The notes: generated by a model not told the origin, from the sequence alone. Counted from the stretch's first letter, positions 13,603 through 36,406 are shown. The stretch: 64,000 nt of DNA from Flaccisagitta enflata (GCA_965153355.1 OZ231126.1:11470001-11534000), one strand, 5' to 3'. Made by a program: numbers and translations.

Positions 13603-16224
13603 TAGTCGCGTGCACGCAACTCTACAACCCGCTCTGTCGGTCGGTCGGTTGGTCGGTCGGTCCGTCGGTCCGTCGGTCCGTCGGTAACACTTTGCTTTTT
13701 TGCGTCTTTTTGGGTCGTCTGGAGTTATTTTGAGTCATTTTTTTGTTGTTTTTGGGAATTATTAGTTGCTTTTAGTCATTTTTGGTCATTTTTGATCATT
13801 TTTGGTCATTTTGGTCATTTTGGTCATTTTGGTCATTTTTGGTCAATTTTGGTCATTTTTGATCAATTTTGATCATTTTTGATCATTTTTGGTCATTTTT
13901 GGTCATTTTTGGTCATTTTTGGTCATTTTTGGTCATTTTTGGTCATTTCGGTCATTTCGGTCATTTCTGTCATTTTGGTCATGTTGGTCACTATGGTCAT
14001 TTTTGGTCATTTTTGGCCATTTTTGATCATTTTTGATCATTTTTAATCATTTTTGATCATTTTTGATCGTTTTTGATCATTTTTTGTCACTTTTGGTCAT
14101 TTTGGTCATTGGGCAGCGGCCCCGAAGGGGCCGATGACCTATGCTTTCACACAGGAGAAATTTCTCCTTCTCCTTCTTCTCCTTCTTCTTCGTACCCCCC
14201 CCAGACTCCAGGCCCATATCTCAGCCTCAAGACCCAAATCCTAGCCGCGAGGCTCAAATCCCAGCCTGGAGGCTCAAATCCCAGCCTGTAGGCTCAAATC
14301 CCAGCCTGGAGGCTCAAATTCCAGCCTCGAGGCTCAAATCCCAGCCTTGAGGCTCAAATCCCAGCCTCGAGGCTCAAATCCCAGCCTCGAGCCTCGAATC
14401 CCAGTCTCAAGGATCAAATCCCAGCCTCGAGGATCAAATCCCAGCCTCGAGGATCAAATCCCAGCCTCGAGGATCAAATCCCAGCCTCGAGGATCAAATC
14501 CCAGCCTCAAGGCTCAAATCCCAGCCTCGAAGCTCAAATCCTAGCCTCGAGACCCTAATTCCAGCCTTGAGGCTCAAATAAAAACAGCATAGGTCATCGG
14601 CCCCTTCGGGGCCGCTGCCCCTCTAACCACCTCACACCCACATAAACTCACATAGGGGCAACGGGTACCGCTGACCATCTAACGCTTTTGCGACTATTTT
14701 TGGTCTTTTTTGATCATTTTGATCATTTTGGTCATTTTGATCATTTTGGTCATTTTTGGTCATTTTTGGTCATTTTTGATCATTTTTAATCATTTTTGAT
14801 CATTTTTAATCATTTTTTGTCACTTTTGGCCATTTTGGTCATTTTTGGTCATTTTGGTCACTTTTGGTCATTTTTTGGTCATTTTGGTCATTTTGGTCAT
14901 TTTTGGTCATTTTTGGTCGTTTTTGGTCATTTGGTCATTTGGTCATTTTGGTCATTTGGTCATTTTGGTCATTTTGGTCATTTTGGTCATTTGGTCATTT
15001 TGGTCATTTTGGTCATTTTTGGTTTAAGTCTGCTGGTTAAAGTCTGCTGGTTAAATTCTGCTGGTTGAAGTCTGCTGGTTAAAGTCTGCTGGTTAAATTC
15101 TGCTGGTTGAAGTCTGCTGGGTAAAGTGTGATGGTTAAAGTCTCATGGTTTAAATCTGCTGGTTTAAATCTGCTGGTTTAAGTTTGCTGGTTTAAATCTA
15201 ATGGGTTAAGTCTGCTAGTTAAAGTCTGCTGGTTTGAATCTGCTGGTTTAAGTCTGCTGGTTTAAGTCTGCTGGTTTAAATCTAATGGTTTAAGTCTGCT
15301 GGTCTAATGGTTTAAGTCTGCTGGTTAAAATGATATTAAAGATAAGTATGGTTTAAGTCTGGTTTAAGTCTGGTTTAAGTCTGGTTTAAGTCTGGTTTAA
15401 GTATGGTTTAAGTCTGGTTAAAGTCTGGTTTAAGTCTGGTTTACGTCTGGTTTAAGTCTGGTTTAAGTCTGGTTTAAGACTGGTTCATGTCTGAATTATG
15501 TCTGGATTAGGTCTGGGTTAGGTCTGGTTTAGGTCTGGTCTATGTCTGGTTTTTGTCTGGTTTATGTTTGATTTAGGTCTGATTTTGGTCTGGTTTTGGT
15601 CTGGTTTTGGTCTGGTTTGAGTCTGGTTTGAGTCTGGTTTGAGTCTGGTTTGAGCCTGGTTTGAGCCTGGTTTGAGCCTCGTTTCAGTCTGGTTTAAGTC
15701 TGGTTTGAGTCTGGTTTGAGTCTGGTTTGAGTCTGGCTTAAATCTGGTTTATGTCTGGTTTATGTCTGGTATATGTCTGATTTATGTCTGATTTAGGTCT
15801 GGTTTCGGTCTGGTTTAATTCTGGTTTGAGTCTGGTTTGAGTCTAATTTGATTCTGGTTTGAGCCTGGTTTGAGCCTAGTTTGAGCCTGGTTTTGGTCTA
15901 ATTTAAGTCTGGTTTTAGTCTGGTTTGAGTCTGGTTTGAGTCTGGTTTGAGTCTGGTTTGAGTCTGGTTTGAGTCTGGTTTGAGTCTGGCTTAAATCTGG
16001 TTTATGTCTGGTTTATGTCTGGTTTATGTCTGATTTAGGTCTGGTTTAGGTCTGGTTTAATTCTGGTTTGAGTCTGTATTGAGTCTGGTTTGAGTCTGGT
16101 TTGAGTCTGGTTTGGGTCTTTTTGGGTTGCGTTTAAGTCTGATTTTCAATAAAAAGATACAATAAGGAGTCAGGTCAGTTCAGTTATTTTTGTCCTGCAC
16201 GCGACTTATAGGTGTTGGCCTTGT
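13603..16224 (+). mobile_element. Helentron-associated (DINE-1/HINE-like) element with expanded internal tandem arrays
   Basis: 5' AGTCGCGTGC sub-TIR plus (GGTC)n, 3' GCACGCGACT plus ggccttgttt end, in T-rich flanks. Internal (GGTCATTTTT)n, 14-bp and 11-bp arrays. Short relatives at 6852-7190, 9493-9945, 10201-10375, 30717-31116, 39838-40220 and 60004-60100. Confidence 0.75.
14111..14697 (+). mobile_element. Second HINE-like family (GGGCAGCGGCCCC sub-TIRs, 20-21-bp minisatellite core), nested in the previous element
   Basis: GGGCAGCGGCCCCGAAGGGGCCGATGACCTATGC is inverted at 14586-14620; (GGCTCAAATCCCAGCCTCGA)n core. Other copies at 21800-22317, 22480-22990, 33060-33586 and 60990-61610. Confidence 0.75.
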
Positions 16225-16559
16225 TTAAACGCGAGCTCGTTGTTTTGTCGTTCTGTCGGTTGACTGATTCGGCCACTCACAAGCATTCACTTTGTTTTGA
16301 GTTTTTAAAGTCGCGGACTAGCGAATGCGACTTTGTACGAGGCTTTATCCGCCGGCATCTCCGACATCACTGCCCCTGCCCACCCGCACGCTACTTACGT
16401 AGCCATCTATCAGGCCATGTTATCATTTTCGACTGTTGACCTTTTTTGGTTGCGCGTCATTTGAATGATATTTAGTTGATCTCACTCTCAGTCGCAACTC
16501 AAAATCGGACAAATGCAAATGGTCCGACTCGCCGCGCGAAGTTCCCACCTCTTTCATTT

Positions 16560-16664
<105 letters not shown>

Positions 16665-16701
16665 CTCTCTGTATTTCTCTGTCTCTCTGTCACTCTGTCA
16701 C

Positions 16702-16800
<99 letters not shown>

Positions 16801-18089
16801 CTTGTTTTGTTGCACTCGTCCGTGATTTGAGTTTACCTTTCGTTTTTTCCTCTCTAATTGCTTTTTTTCCCGCGGCATGTTGGTCCGTCAATTCTTTTTT
16901 TGGTATGTTTTTATTTCTTCTCCTCTTCTCTATTTTTCTTTTGATATTTCTTTCTTTTTCTTTTTCCTCTCTCTCGATAGAGAGCGAGAGTGGCCTTGAT
17001 TCTGTTCAGTCGATTTCAATCAACGATGGCCCGTGTGTGAGGGTTTTTTTCTCATATTTTCCCCCCTTCTCGTCCGAGTCCACGGTGGAATTGGACAAGT
17101 TTATAATGAGACATGTCTAGATATTCTATTGTTCAAATTTTGGACATCTTTGCAATGCATGGGATTGATCGCTGGTTGAATGGAGGGTTCGATGTATGGA
17201 TAAATGGATGGATGGATGGATGGATGGATGGATGGATGGATGGATGGATGGATGGATGGATGGATGGATGGATGGATGGATGGATGGATGGATGGATGGA
17301 TGGATGGATGGATGGATGGATGGATGGTTGGATGGATGGATGGACGGATGGATGGATGGATGAATGGTCGGAAGGATGGATGGTTGGATGGAGGGAAAGT
17401 CGGCTGTTTGGATGGATTAAGCGAGAGGTGTTAATGTCGTTTAGCATTATTACTAGTTTAAAGTTTAAGTAAGATGCATAAAAGGGGATCCTCAATTATA
17501 TCACTAATATCGCTACAGAGCAGTCCCCTCCCAGTCATTGAACACAGCCCCTTCTGTTCCTCAACTTGATCCCGCTCATTCAGGGTTATCTGCTACCTAA
17601 CTACTATTAAGGCCACAATGCAGCACTCTCTTAGTCATTGCTATCGTTACCATGTTTTAATGAACTCAGTCCACAATGCAGTCCTGCTTCAGTCATTGTA
17701 GTCAATACCATGTTTTAATGAACTCAGTCCACAGTGCAGCACTCTCGCTTCGCTTAATGAAAGCAGAACCCTCCGTTCCTCGTTTATTAACCACCCCCCC
17801 CCCTCGTCCCCCCCTTCCCGCTTCTTCGTTAGAGTCGGCCAGACAGGTGGTTAAGTGGATAGACAATGGAAAACAAATAAAACCCACCCCACCGAGGGAA
17901 TCTTTTTTGCATTTCTTGTTTCTTTTTTTTCGTAAGTACTATGAAATTCAACTCTGACGGCTCCGATTGTAACAGCTATAATAATAACATTCCATACTAA
18001 AAAGCAGCTTTGCCACGCTTTGAGTTTGATTCAAGTTCTCCGTCGCATTTATGAATTTTCAGTCCGTTGATCTGTGGGTCCATCAGTGT

Positions 18090-18136
<47 letters not shown>

Positions 18137-18453
18137 ATGTACGTGATGTCATATTTTGATGCCATTTGCATATCGTCATAAAAGTTCACGACAGTTGTTA
18201 GAGCCATAACGATTCTCAAATACTCCATTATTTTGTGCTCGCATTAGTATTACAACAAGTTAAAAAAACACTAGAAGATACAATGATTGAAATAAGCAAA
18301 ATAAATCGCTTCAATGATGTGTAGCTGAGTATAGCTTAGCTCCAGTCATGCGATTTATACAGTTGTATAATAATTTCGAGAAAACTTCCTCTTTCAACCT
18401 CACGCTGCGGTTTCCTTCAACATTATCATAGTACTTAATAGTCTAGGATTTAA

Positions 18454-19933
18454 GGAAAAGGACTCGGCATTTTTGAGGCAAGGTGTGAAAATTTGCATAT
18501 GGGGTCAGTTTTTTGTGCCGAACAAGACTAGAATTGGTACACGTCTGATTTTTTAGTGTACCCATTTCAAAAACACGTTTTTTTGCCCAAAAAACACTTT
18601 GAAATGGTGCTGACGCCAAACCAATTGACAGATGACTATAAAATTTTAGGTGAAGAAAAATATGCCTTTTTCCTACTTGCATGCAAAATTTCAGCAAAAT
18701 CGGTTCAGTAGAAGCGAAGATATTGCCGTTTAAAGTCTAGGCCTATTTTCAAAAAAAGGGCTATGTTTCAATTTTGGGGTAAAATTGTGTTTTTTTGAGC
18801 TGGAAGTCTGAAATTGGTTTCATTTGCATATATTACCCTAATTTACTAAAAACAAAAAAAATTGAAAAAATCCCATGTTTTTTCCATTTTATGGCCAAAA
18901 AAACACAAAATTGGGTCTCAAAATTTTGGCCTGATTTTAAAAAAAGGCTAGTGCAAGGAAAGTATGAAAATCATTGACGCCCACTCAGGGAATCTATTGT
19001 CATAAAGTGTACCAACTTATTCCCAAACTTTCAGAGGGGTACATTAACCCAAAAAGACAAAATTTAAATTCAAAGTCTAAAGCAAAAATATGAAAATTTA
19101 GCATTTTTTTACCCTCTTTGATATATGAAAAAATTCAATGTCTGATTAAGAAGCTGAAATTTGGCTCAGATATGCCCCTTACATATAGGGACTTGCATAC
19201 AAAATTTTAGGCAAATTGGTTGAAGCGTTTGGCTGTAGCGTTACCAAATGTCCCTAGGGGTCCAAAAATGCGAAATTTTGAGTCGTTTTTTTAAATTTTT
19301 TTTAAATTGAATTTTGTCTTTTTGGGTTAATGTACCCCTCTGAAAGTTTGGGAATAAGTTGGTACACTTTATGACAATAGATTCCCTGAGTGGGCGTCAA
19401 TGATTTTCATATTTTCCTTGCAATAGCCCTTTCTGAAAATCAGGCCTAAATTTTGAAGGTTGATTTTTTGTTTTTTTGGCCAAAAAATGAAAAAAAAACA
19501 TGGATTTTTTCAATTTTTTTTGTTACTAGGGTAAATTAAGGTAAAATAAATGAGTGAAACCAATTTCAGACTTCTAGCTCAAAAAAAACACAATTTTACC
19601 CCAAAATTGAAACATAGCCCTTTTTTTGAAAATAGGCCTAGACTTTAAACGGCAATATCTTCGCTTCTACAGAACCGATTTTGCTGAAATTTTGCATGCA
19701 AGTAGAAAAAAGGCATATTTTTCTTCACGTAAAATTTTACAGTCATCCATCAATTGGTTTGGCGTCAGCGCCTCTTCAAAGTGTTTTTTTGAAGAAAAAA
19801 CGCGTTTTTAAATGGGTTACACTAAAAAATCAGACGTGTACCCCGTCTTATCTTGTTCAGCACAAAAAACTGACCCTGTATGCAAATTTTCACACTTTGC
19901 CCCAAAAACGCCGAGTTCCTTGTTTTTATTCCT
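18454..19933. mobile_element. Long-TIR palindromic element, Kolobok-like by its termini
   Basis: ~620-bp inverted arms (about 18454-19070 vs 19305-19933); TTAA on both flanks, purine-purine (GG/AGG) termini. Confidence 0.8.
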
Positions 19934-20353
19934 TTAAGAGACGGGACTATAATTTGAGGGGCGATCCCGGCCATCTAGACGCCGCTGTGGGATTGCCCTT
20001 TCTTGAGCGTGTGGGGCTCTCGGTGGGGAACCTCAGATGAACTAAAGTACGCCAGCATTAGTGAGTCAGGTCAACACTCATGGACCCGCAACGCTTGAAA
20101 TGTGAAGATTCATAATTCTGTTGCATCATGTTGGTCCGTTCCTCCGCATTTTTGTCTGCGCCCTTCTTCCCTTTTCCGATCATCAAAAAATCAGGCGGGG
20201 ATACTCAGCTTTTAGCGGTTATTTTTTTTCACATCAATTGATGCAACATTTTGTCCTCATTTTTGCTGTCTTTTCATCTGTTTTAAACTAATATGATAGA
20301 CATGAAAGAAGGCTTTATGTGACCACGGTCTCTAACGTGACCTTACTTTATTT

Positions 20354-20649
20354 CAGGGGTGTATATTCTTGAGTGGCTTTTGATTTTTTTCCCCCCCTGC
20401 CTTTGATTTTCTTCCCCGCGTCGAGTCGCGTTTTTATATCCATGATTTTCTTCCCCATATAGCAATAAAACTATGTAGTTAAGGTTTGAATAGTGTTAAA
20501 TTGTGTTTTACTAATTGAGTTTCATGATTTGGTACTGTAAAAAGTTATATTTTCCCCAAATTTCCTTTTTTTCTCTTTTTTCCCCCTTAGATTTCCTTCC
20601 CCATCTCCAGACCCGGGGGGGGGGGAAAACTCAAGAATATACAGGCCTG
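20354..20649. mobile_element. hAT MITE, 296 bp
   Basis: CAGGGGTGTATATTCTTGAG / CTCAAGAATATACAGGCCTG TIRs; 8-bp TSD ctttattt on both sides. Confidence 0.85.
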
Positions 20650-20721
20650 CTTTATTTTGAAGTCTAACTCACCATTTGACCTTGACTGAACTTCGGATCA
20701 AAGGCAACAGAGAGAAATCAA

Positions 20722-21795
20722 GACAAGTGGGTAAGGAAGGAAAGAGGGGAGGTAGGGAAAGAGGAAGAAATAAAGGGCAAGTGGGTAAGGAAGGAAAGAG
20801 CGGAGGTAGGGAAAGAGGAAGGAATGAAGGGCAAGTGGGTAAGGAAGGAAAGAGCGGAGGTAGGGAAAGAGGTAGGAAGGAAGGGCAGGTGGGTAAGGAA
20901 GGAAAGAGCGGAGATAGGAAAAGGGGAAGGAAGGGCAAGTGGGTAAGGAAGGAAAGAGGGGAGGTAGGGAAAGAGGAAAAAATGAAGGGCAAGTGGGTAG
21001 AGAAGGAAAGAGCGGAGGTAAGGAAAGAGGAAGGAAGGAAGGGCATGTGGGTAAGGAAGGAAAGAGCGGAGATAGGGAAAGGGGAAGGAAGGGCAAATGG
21101 GTAAGGAAGGAAAGAGGGGAGGTAGGGAAAGAGGAAGGAATGAAGGGCAAGTGGGTAAGGGAGGAAAGAGCGGAAAGAGCGGAGGTAGGGAAAGAGGAAG
21201 GAAGGAAGGGCAAGTGGGTAAGGAAGGTAAGAGCGGAGATAGGGAAAGTGGCAGGAAGTAAGGGCAAGGGGAAGGAAAGAGCGGGGGTAAGAAAAGAGGA
21301 ATCAATGAAGGGCAAGTGGGTAAGGAAGAAAAGAGCGGAGGTAAGAAAAAGGAAGGAAGGAAGGGAAAGTGGATAAAGAAGGAAAAAATGGAAGGTAGAT
21401 AGACAAGGAGGAAGGAAGGAATGAAACAGGGAGGTGGGAAGAAATAAAATGAAAGAGGGGATGTTTGACGTAGATGGAAAGGAAGGAATGAGGGAAGGAA
21501 GGAAGGAAGAATAGAAAGTCGAGAGGAAGGAATGAAAGAAGGAAGGAAGGAAGGAAGGAAGGAAGGAAGAAGGAAAGGAGGAAACGATGGAATGAGGCCA
21601 TGAGGCAATAATGAAAGGAGGGAAGAAAGGAAAGAGGAAGGAAGGAAGAATGGAAGGCAGGAATGAGGAGAGGAAGAGAGGAAGGAAAGAAGGTAGGAAA
21701 GAAGGAAGGTAGGTAGGAAAAACGTTGGAAGGAAGGAAGAAAAGAAGGAAGAAAGGAAAAGAAGAAAGGAAGGATTGTGGGAAGCAAGGTAGGAA
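20722..21795. repeat. Purine-rich ~53-bp minisatellite grading into (GGAA)n
   Basis: Repeated gggcaagtgggtaaggaaggaaagagcggaggtagggaaagaggaa. Confidence 0.85.
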
Positions 21796-23072
21796 AGAAA
21801 CAAGTCATCCAAGGATTGCACATGGTCAGCGGTACCCGATGCCCTGCTTGGAGTGATCAGCTGAAGTTGAGTGAGAGCAGGGCAGCGGCCCCAAAGGACC
21901 GATGTCCTGTAGGACACAGGGGTAAATTTCATTATGTCCTGAGAAGGCAAATTTCAGGCCTTTTGGACAATTTTTCCATGATATTCAATGGGAGTTTTCA
22001 TTTTTTTTACAATTTTTTATCTATAATCCATGTTATTCAATGAGAATTTCTTTTTTTTTTTTTTTTTTTTATCAATCTTCGATGTTATTCAATAGGAATT
22101 TTGCATTTCTTGAATTTTTTATCAATTTTCCATGTTATTCGATAGGAAATTTATATTTTTCTATTTTTTGGTAAATTTTCCATATTATTCAATGGGAATT
22201 TGAGAATTGAGAAACTTGGGGGGACGTACGGATGGACAGACGGACGTACGTACGGACGGACGTAAGGAAATTCACCCCTGTGTCCTACAGGACATCGGCC
22301 CTTTGGGGCCGCTGCCCAAAAAGGAAGAGAGGAAGGCAGGAAGGATGGAGAGACGGAAGTGAGGAAATGAGAAAAAATGAATAGGGAAGAAATTGGGTAT
22401 GATAGGGACAGAGTGTTTAAGATAGATTAACTGAGAAACGACAGATAGCAATGGAGAGTCGTTATGATTAAGAAAGGAAACAAGTCATCCAAGGATCGCA
22501 TATGGCCAGTGGTACCCGATACCCTGCCTGGAGTGATTGGCTGAAGAAGTAGAGTGAGAGCAGGGCAGCGGCCCCAAAGGGCCGATGTCCTTAAGGACAC
22601 AGGGGTGAATTTCCATATGTCCTGAGAGGGCATATTTGAGGCCTTAGTAGCAATTTTCCATGATATTCAATGGGAATTTTGCATTTTTTTCAATTTTTTG
22701 TCAATTTGCCATGTTATTCAATGGGAATTTTACATTTTTCTTAGTTTTCATCAATTTTCCATGCTATTCAATGGGATACATGCATTTTTGGGCAGCGGCC
22801 CCGAAGGGGACGAAGTCCTGTAGAACACAGGGGGACTTTTGTTCCTGTCCTCCGTCCTTCCATGCGTTCGTCCCTCCCAGTACCTCTTTGGTGGCCCAAA
22901 TTCACCCTCTCAGGCCTGAAATCTGCCCTCTCAGGCCTTGAATCTGCCCTCTTCAACCTCCTTAATCTGCCCCCAGGCTCTGAAATCTGCCCTCTGTACT
23001 AACCCAGTATGAGTAATATCAGTCTTTGAATAAAGAGTACCTATGTGAAATTCTTTCTAAAAAATTACTCAC

Positions 23073-24698
23073 CGAAATTTTCTGTGGGCTCGCTGTCTTG
23101 GTCGTGGTAGTTGGTGAAAATAGTTTGAACAAATGCAATGAGATCCTTGACCGCTGCGTCCTCCAGCGCTTGAGAAGAAATTTTGTAAGGCTTCAGCTTG
23201 ATTTCAAGTTGATACCCGCTGCCGTGTGTGTCCTTGATATGTTGCGATGACCCAATGCATCTCATCGATCCTTGTATCATGATGGCTATTCTAGAACATA
23301 ACGCGTCAGCTTCTTCCATGGAATGGGTCGTCAATATGGCACCTCGTGACGAGCCTTTGAACATGGAAATGATCGTATCCCAAAGAAACCGTTTTGACCC
23401 TGGATCCATGCCTGTACTGGGCTCATCCATCAGCACAACCTCGGGCAGTCCCAGAAGTGAAATGGCAAAGCAAAGCTTTCTTTTGGTGCCACCTGAGATG
23501 TTTTTGCAGGGTTTGTCAGCGTGTTCCTTGATCTTCAGACTTGTCATCAGGTAATCGATGATGGCGTCCATGTTTTGCTTCCCTTCTATTCCTCTCACAG
23601 AGGCGTAAAGAATCAGATGCGTCCTTAAGGTCAGGTCATCGTACAACGGATTATGTTGAGGACAATAGCCTGTGAGCTGAAAAGCTCTAGACTGGGCGGA
23701 AACTATGTCATTCCCACCCACGAAGATTTCTCCACTGTCCAAGGAGCAATCTGCCGTGATGATGTTCATTGTCGTGCTCTTGCCAGCGCCATTCGGTCCA
23801 AGCAGACCGAGAATCTCACCCTTGTTCACCATGAAATTCAATTTCTTCACTGCGCATTTCGGTTTTGCTGACTTTTTGAAGCAGCTTGTCTGGTAGAATG
23901 TTTTGTGGAGGTCTTTGACCAAAACAGTCGCTTCGGAAATTTTCGTCTTGTCATCGTAGACATCTGCGACCAAGTCTTCTTCCGACTGAACATCATCATC
24001 GACAGGTGATGCTGTCATTTTATCGGGAGATTGAAATCCAACATTCAAGGCGCCATTTTTGCCTGTGGCTTTCTTCGGTTTCCTGCATGGAATGTATCCA
24101 TTGGATTTCCAACTATCCAAAAATGGCAAAAGGAGGATCATGACGATAATCCAGACTATCATCATGGTGAATGAAATCGCGATGCTGTTATCATTCAATA
24201 GATCAGACATTGTTACTTGCACTTCTTCACTTTCCACAATATCAGTGCTACTACTGAATTGTATCAGAAAGTACATCAGCCCGAACATGTTGTATGTTGG
24301 GAATATGATGGAAAATACATTGTGCAACGTTTTTGCTAAATCCGGCTGGCTGGCATTCAAACTTTGAATGACTTGAAATGGAATGAAGGATGCCACAATC
24401 AGGATACCCGGCATCTGTGTTTGGCACTTCTCAACGTTGTCGAACACAAAAGAAGTTACGTATCCCAATAGTATCAGGAGTGGGAGGTACAATATGTAAG
24501 ACAGAACAAAAAGGTTATAATAGCTTCCATCTCCCATAATTGGAACATCAAACGCTTTGACAACAATGAAGGCAACAATCATGATGACACTAGCACATAG
24601 AAAATCCCATGTAAATACAGCTGACCAATACGTTTTGACTCCGACGCCCATAATTCTCAGTTGATTTCGCGTTTTAAAGAATCTATCCTTGACCATGT
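23073..24698 (-). CDS. ABCA5: ABCA-subfamily lipid transporter (ABCA5-like), one large internal exon encoding most of TMD2, NBD2 and the start of the regulatory domain
   Basis: 542 uninterrupted codons: hydrophobic helices, Walker A GPNGAGKST, Q-loop GYCPQ, signature ISGGTKRKL, Walker B VVLMDEPSTGMDP, H-loop TTHSMEEADALC. Acceptor tttcctgctacag, donor G|gtgagt (phase 1-1). Subfamily is clear; exact orthology is inferred. Confidence 0.9.
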
Positions 24699-24986
24699 CT
24701 GTAGCAGGAAAACCATGTGTGTACACAAGAAAAAAACAGGAAATTAGTTTTTGACATGATTTTATTTTTGAATTTCTACTTACATCCCTGTTGGTCTAAA
24801 AATGTGTTCTGCTGTCTACCATTTATCATTTTTCCTTATCTAAAGTATGAAAAATAATTCTTTTGTTGTGTTTCTCAATGCCCTCCACTAAATAGCTTAT
24901 AGATTCCCGCTGTTTTGTTAATTGTCTTCTTCTTTTCTCATTTGCACTTTGTGCTACATGTTACACATGTGAATAAACTGGATATA

Positions 24987-25395
24987 CTATACGAATTTAA
25001 AAAAAAGACGCACCTTTGTATTTGGTGATAAAACTGACTTAAAAAGTACTAAAAAAATTTTACAGCAAAAGTGATTTTGAAGATTTTCGAATTCTTTCAT
25101 TCTAGACCAATCCCAGATCTGTATCTTTAACGGTTTAGGAGCTAGAGCTCTTTAAAGTGAGACACCATTTTTCTGAATTGCATCTTTTTCAAAGGGACTG
25201 CAAAAACAAATTTGGTAACATTTTTACTCAAACTAATGCCATTTCCAAACGAAAAAAGATAGAGATACCAGATTGGCGCCAAATGAAAGAGTTTTTCAAG
25301 GGCTTCAAAATCGTCTAAGATTTTAGTTAGTTTTTTTGATTTTCAATGGTGCAATCAATCATTCAAAAGTGCGTCTTTTTTTTTAATCTATATAG
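24987..25395. mobile_element. Tc1/mariner-like MITE
   Basis: TA|CTATACGAATTTAAAAAAAAGACGCAC...GTGCGTCTTTTTTTTTAATCTATATAG|TA. Confidence 0.75.
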
Positions 25396-25534
25396 TAACA
25401 ACTTATCATTTCCATAGATGAGATGGCTAGTACAAGATCTTTTTGGCACCCTGTTATTTCTGAATGATTAACCATTTCTGTGTGTGTGTGTTTGTGTTGT
25501 TTTTTTTTCGGTATTTTCCAATTTAAAGTGTTGA

Positions 25535-25848
25535 TAGGTCGCTTGGTGGTATCATAGTAATGCCAAATTGAACTTGCAGTAGAGTCGCTTTCCTTATATC
25601 TGTTATAAATTTGGAGAAATCTATTTCTGAGATCGTTTTTATTCCAATGGAAAACAATGTTAGATGAAAACTGGAAAATTGAAAAAAATTCAAATTTGTG
25701 AAATGAGACTTGACATTTGTAAGTGATTAAAAGGAAACCAGTCGGTGGTTGTTTTACTCAGACTGAATTTGTCCATGGTATGAGCATGTGCTAGTTATTC
25801 AACCTCCTTTGTCTAATTTTCTACTGTTATCTGACTGAAAAAAATTGA

Positions 25849-25905
<57 letters not shown>

Positions 25906-26315
25906 ACTTTCTACCCTCTTTCTCCATTCACGTTTTTTTTTTCATAGCCTCTCCTCGACCTCTCCCTTTCTTATCCTTCTTCCTAATCCCATTCTGTATA
26001 GGCAGTCGCTTTGTGGTATCATAGTAATGCCATATTGAACTTGCAGTAGAGTCGCTTTCCTTATATCTGTTATCAATTTGGAGAAATCTATTTCTGAGAT
26101 CGTTTTTATTCCAATGGAAAACAATATTAGATGAAAACTGGAAAATTGAAAAAATTTCAAATTTGAGAAATGAGACTTGACATTTGTAAGTGATTAAAAG
26201 GAAACCAGTCGGTGGTTGTTTTACTCAGACTGAATTCGTCCATGAAATGAGCATGTGCTAGTCATTCAACCTCCTTTGTCTAATCTTCTACTGTTATCTG
26301 ACTGAAAAAAATTGA

Positions 26316-26350
<35 letters not shown>

Positions 26351-26428
26351 ACTTTCTACCCTCTTTCTCCATTCACGTTTTTCTTTTCATTGCCTCTCCT
26401 CGACCTCTCCCTTTCTTATCCTTCTTCC
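25535..26428. repeat. ~465-bp direct tandem duplication
   Basis: 25535-26007 repeats at 26000-26428; the tail of copy 2 resumes at 35126-35149, beyond the MULE-like insertion. Confidence 0.85.
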
Positions 26429-35116
<8,688 letters not shown>

Positions 35117-35336
35117 CCTTCTTCCTAATCCCATTCTGTATAGGCAGTCTGTCTCGGTGATCTGTCTGTCTGTCTGTCTGTCTGTCTCGGCAGTCTGTCT
35201 TGGTGTTGCACACTGGATATCGGATAGCGATACAGGAAGGAGTCTCGGTCAGTCTGTCCGGTACAGATCGATTTTTGCGGTGGTTACTAGAGAGAGAGAG
35301 AAAAAGAGAGAGAAATAGAAAGAAGAAGAGAAAGAC

Positions 35337-35415
<79 letters not shown>

Positions 35416-35591
35416 GAGACAGAGATAGAGACAGAGATAGAGAGAGAGAGAATGAGACAGAGAGAGAGAGAATGAGACAGAGAGAATGAGACAGAGAGAA
35501 TGAAACAGAGAGAATGAGACAGAGAGAATGAGACAGAGCGAATGAGACAGAGAGAATGAGACAGAGAGAAAGAGACAGAGAGAGAGAGACA

Positions 35592-35705
<114 letters not shown>

Positions 35706-36406
35706 CAGAGAGAGAGAGAAAGAGAGAGAGAGAGACAGACAGACAGACACACACACACCAAGAGGAAAAACAGACACAGAGAGACAGAGATTGAATAACA
35801 AAAACTTGACAAGCAGTCAACCAGATGTCATAAGATGCAAACACAGAAAAACATGCACAGAAAAAAAAAGACTCCCATTTACGACTTTTTTCCAGTCGGC
35901 GAGAGCCGCCTTTATTGGTATACACCCCTGCATAATATAGTTGCGCACGGATGGACAGGGGCATACAACCCCATCCATACCTGATGATACCCCCCCCCCC
36001 CATGCTCACGCACACGCAGACATCCACAACCGCTGCATCATAAATGAGCGTTTCACACTATCAACTTGATCATAACGGTCGGACGGACGGAGCAACGGAT
36101 TTGCGGTTGTACGGACGGACGGACAAAACCTCTGATAGAGTTGCGTGTCCGCAACTAAAAGACACAATCGGAAGGTTATCTTCAATTTATGCTTATCTTA
36201 TCATCTTCCCAATGCTCAGATGCAATCTTTGTAAAAGGGTCTGTCTGTCGGACCATTGGTCGGTTGATCTATCCGTATGTCTGTTACGCCTGAGCAAAGA
36301 CGCATTTTTCGGCCCTTTTCGGCCATGGTCAGATCCGACAGCAAATCAACTGATGGATACACGTGTTTAGAGAATCTCCTTCGACTGAAACTGTTTGCCA
36401 CATATT

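Noticed and set aside
20669-20725. Apparent donor (ATG|gtgag) as a possible next ABCA exon
   Set aside because: No acceptor AG upstream, and the peptide does not resemble the ABCA C-terminus.
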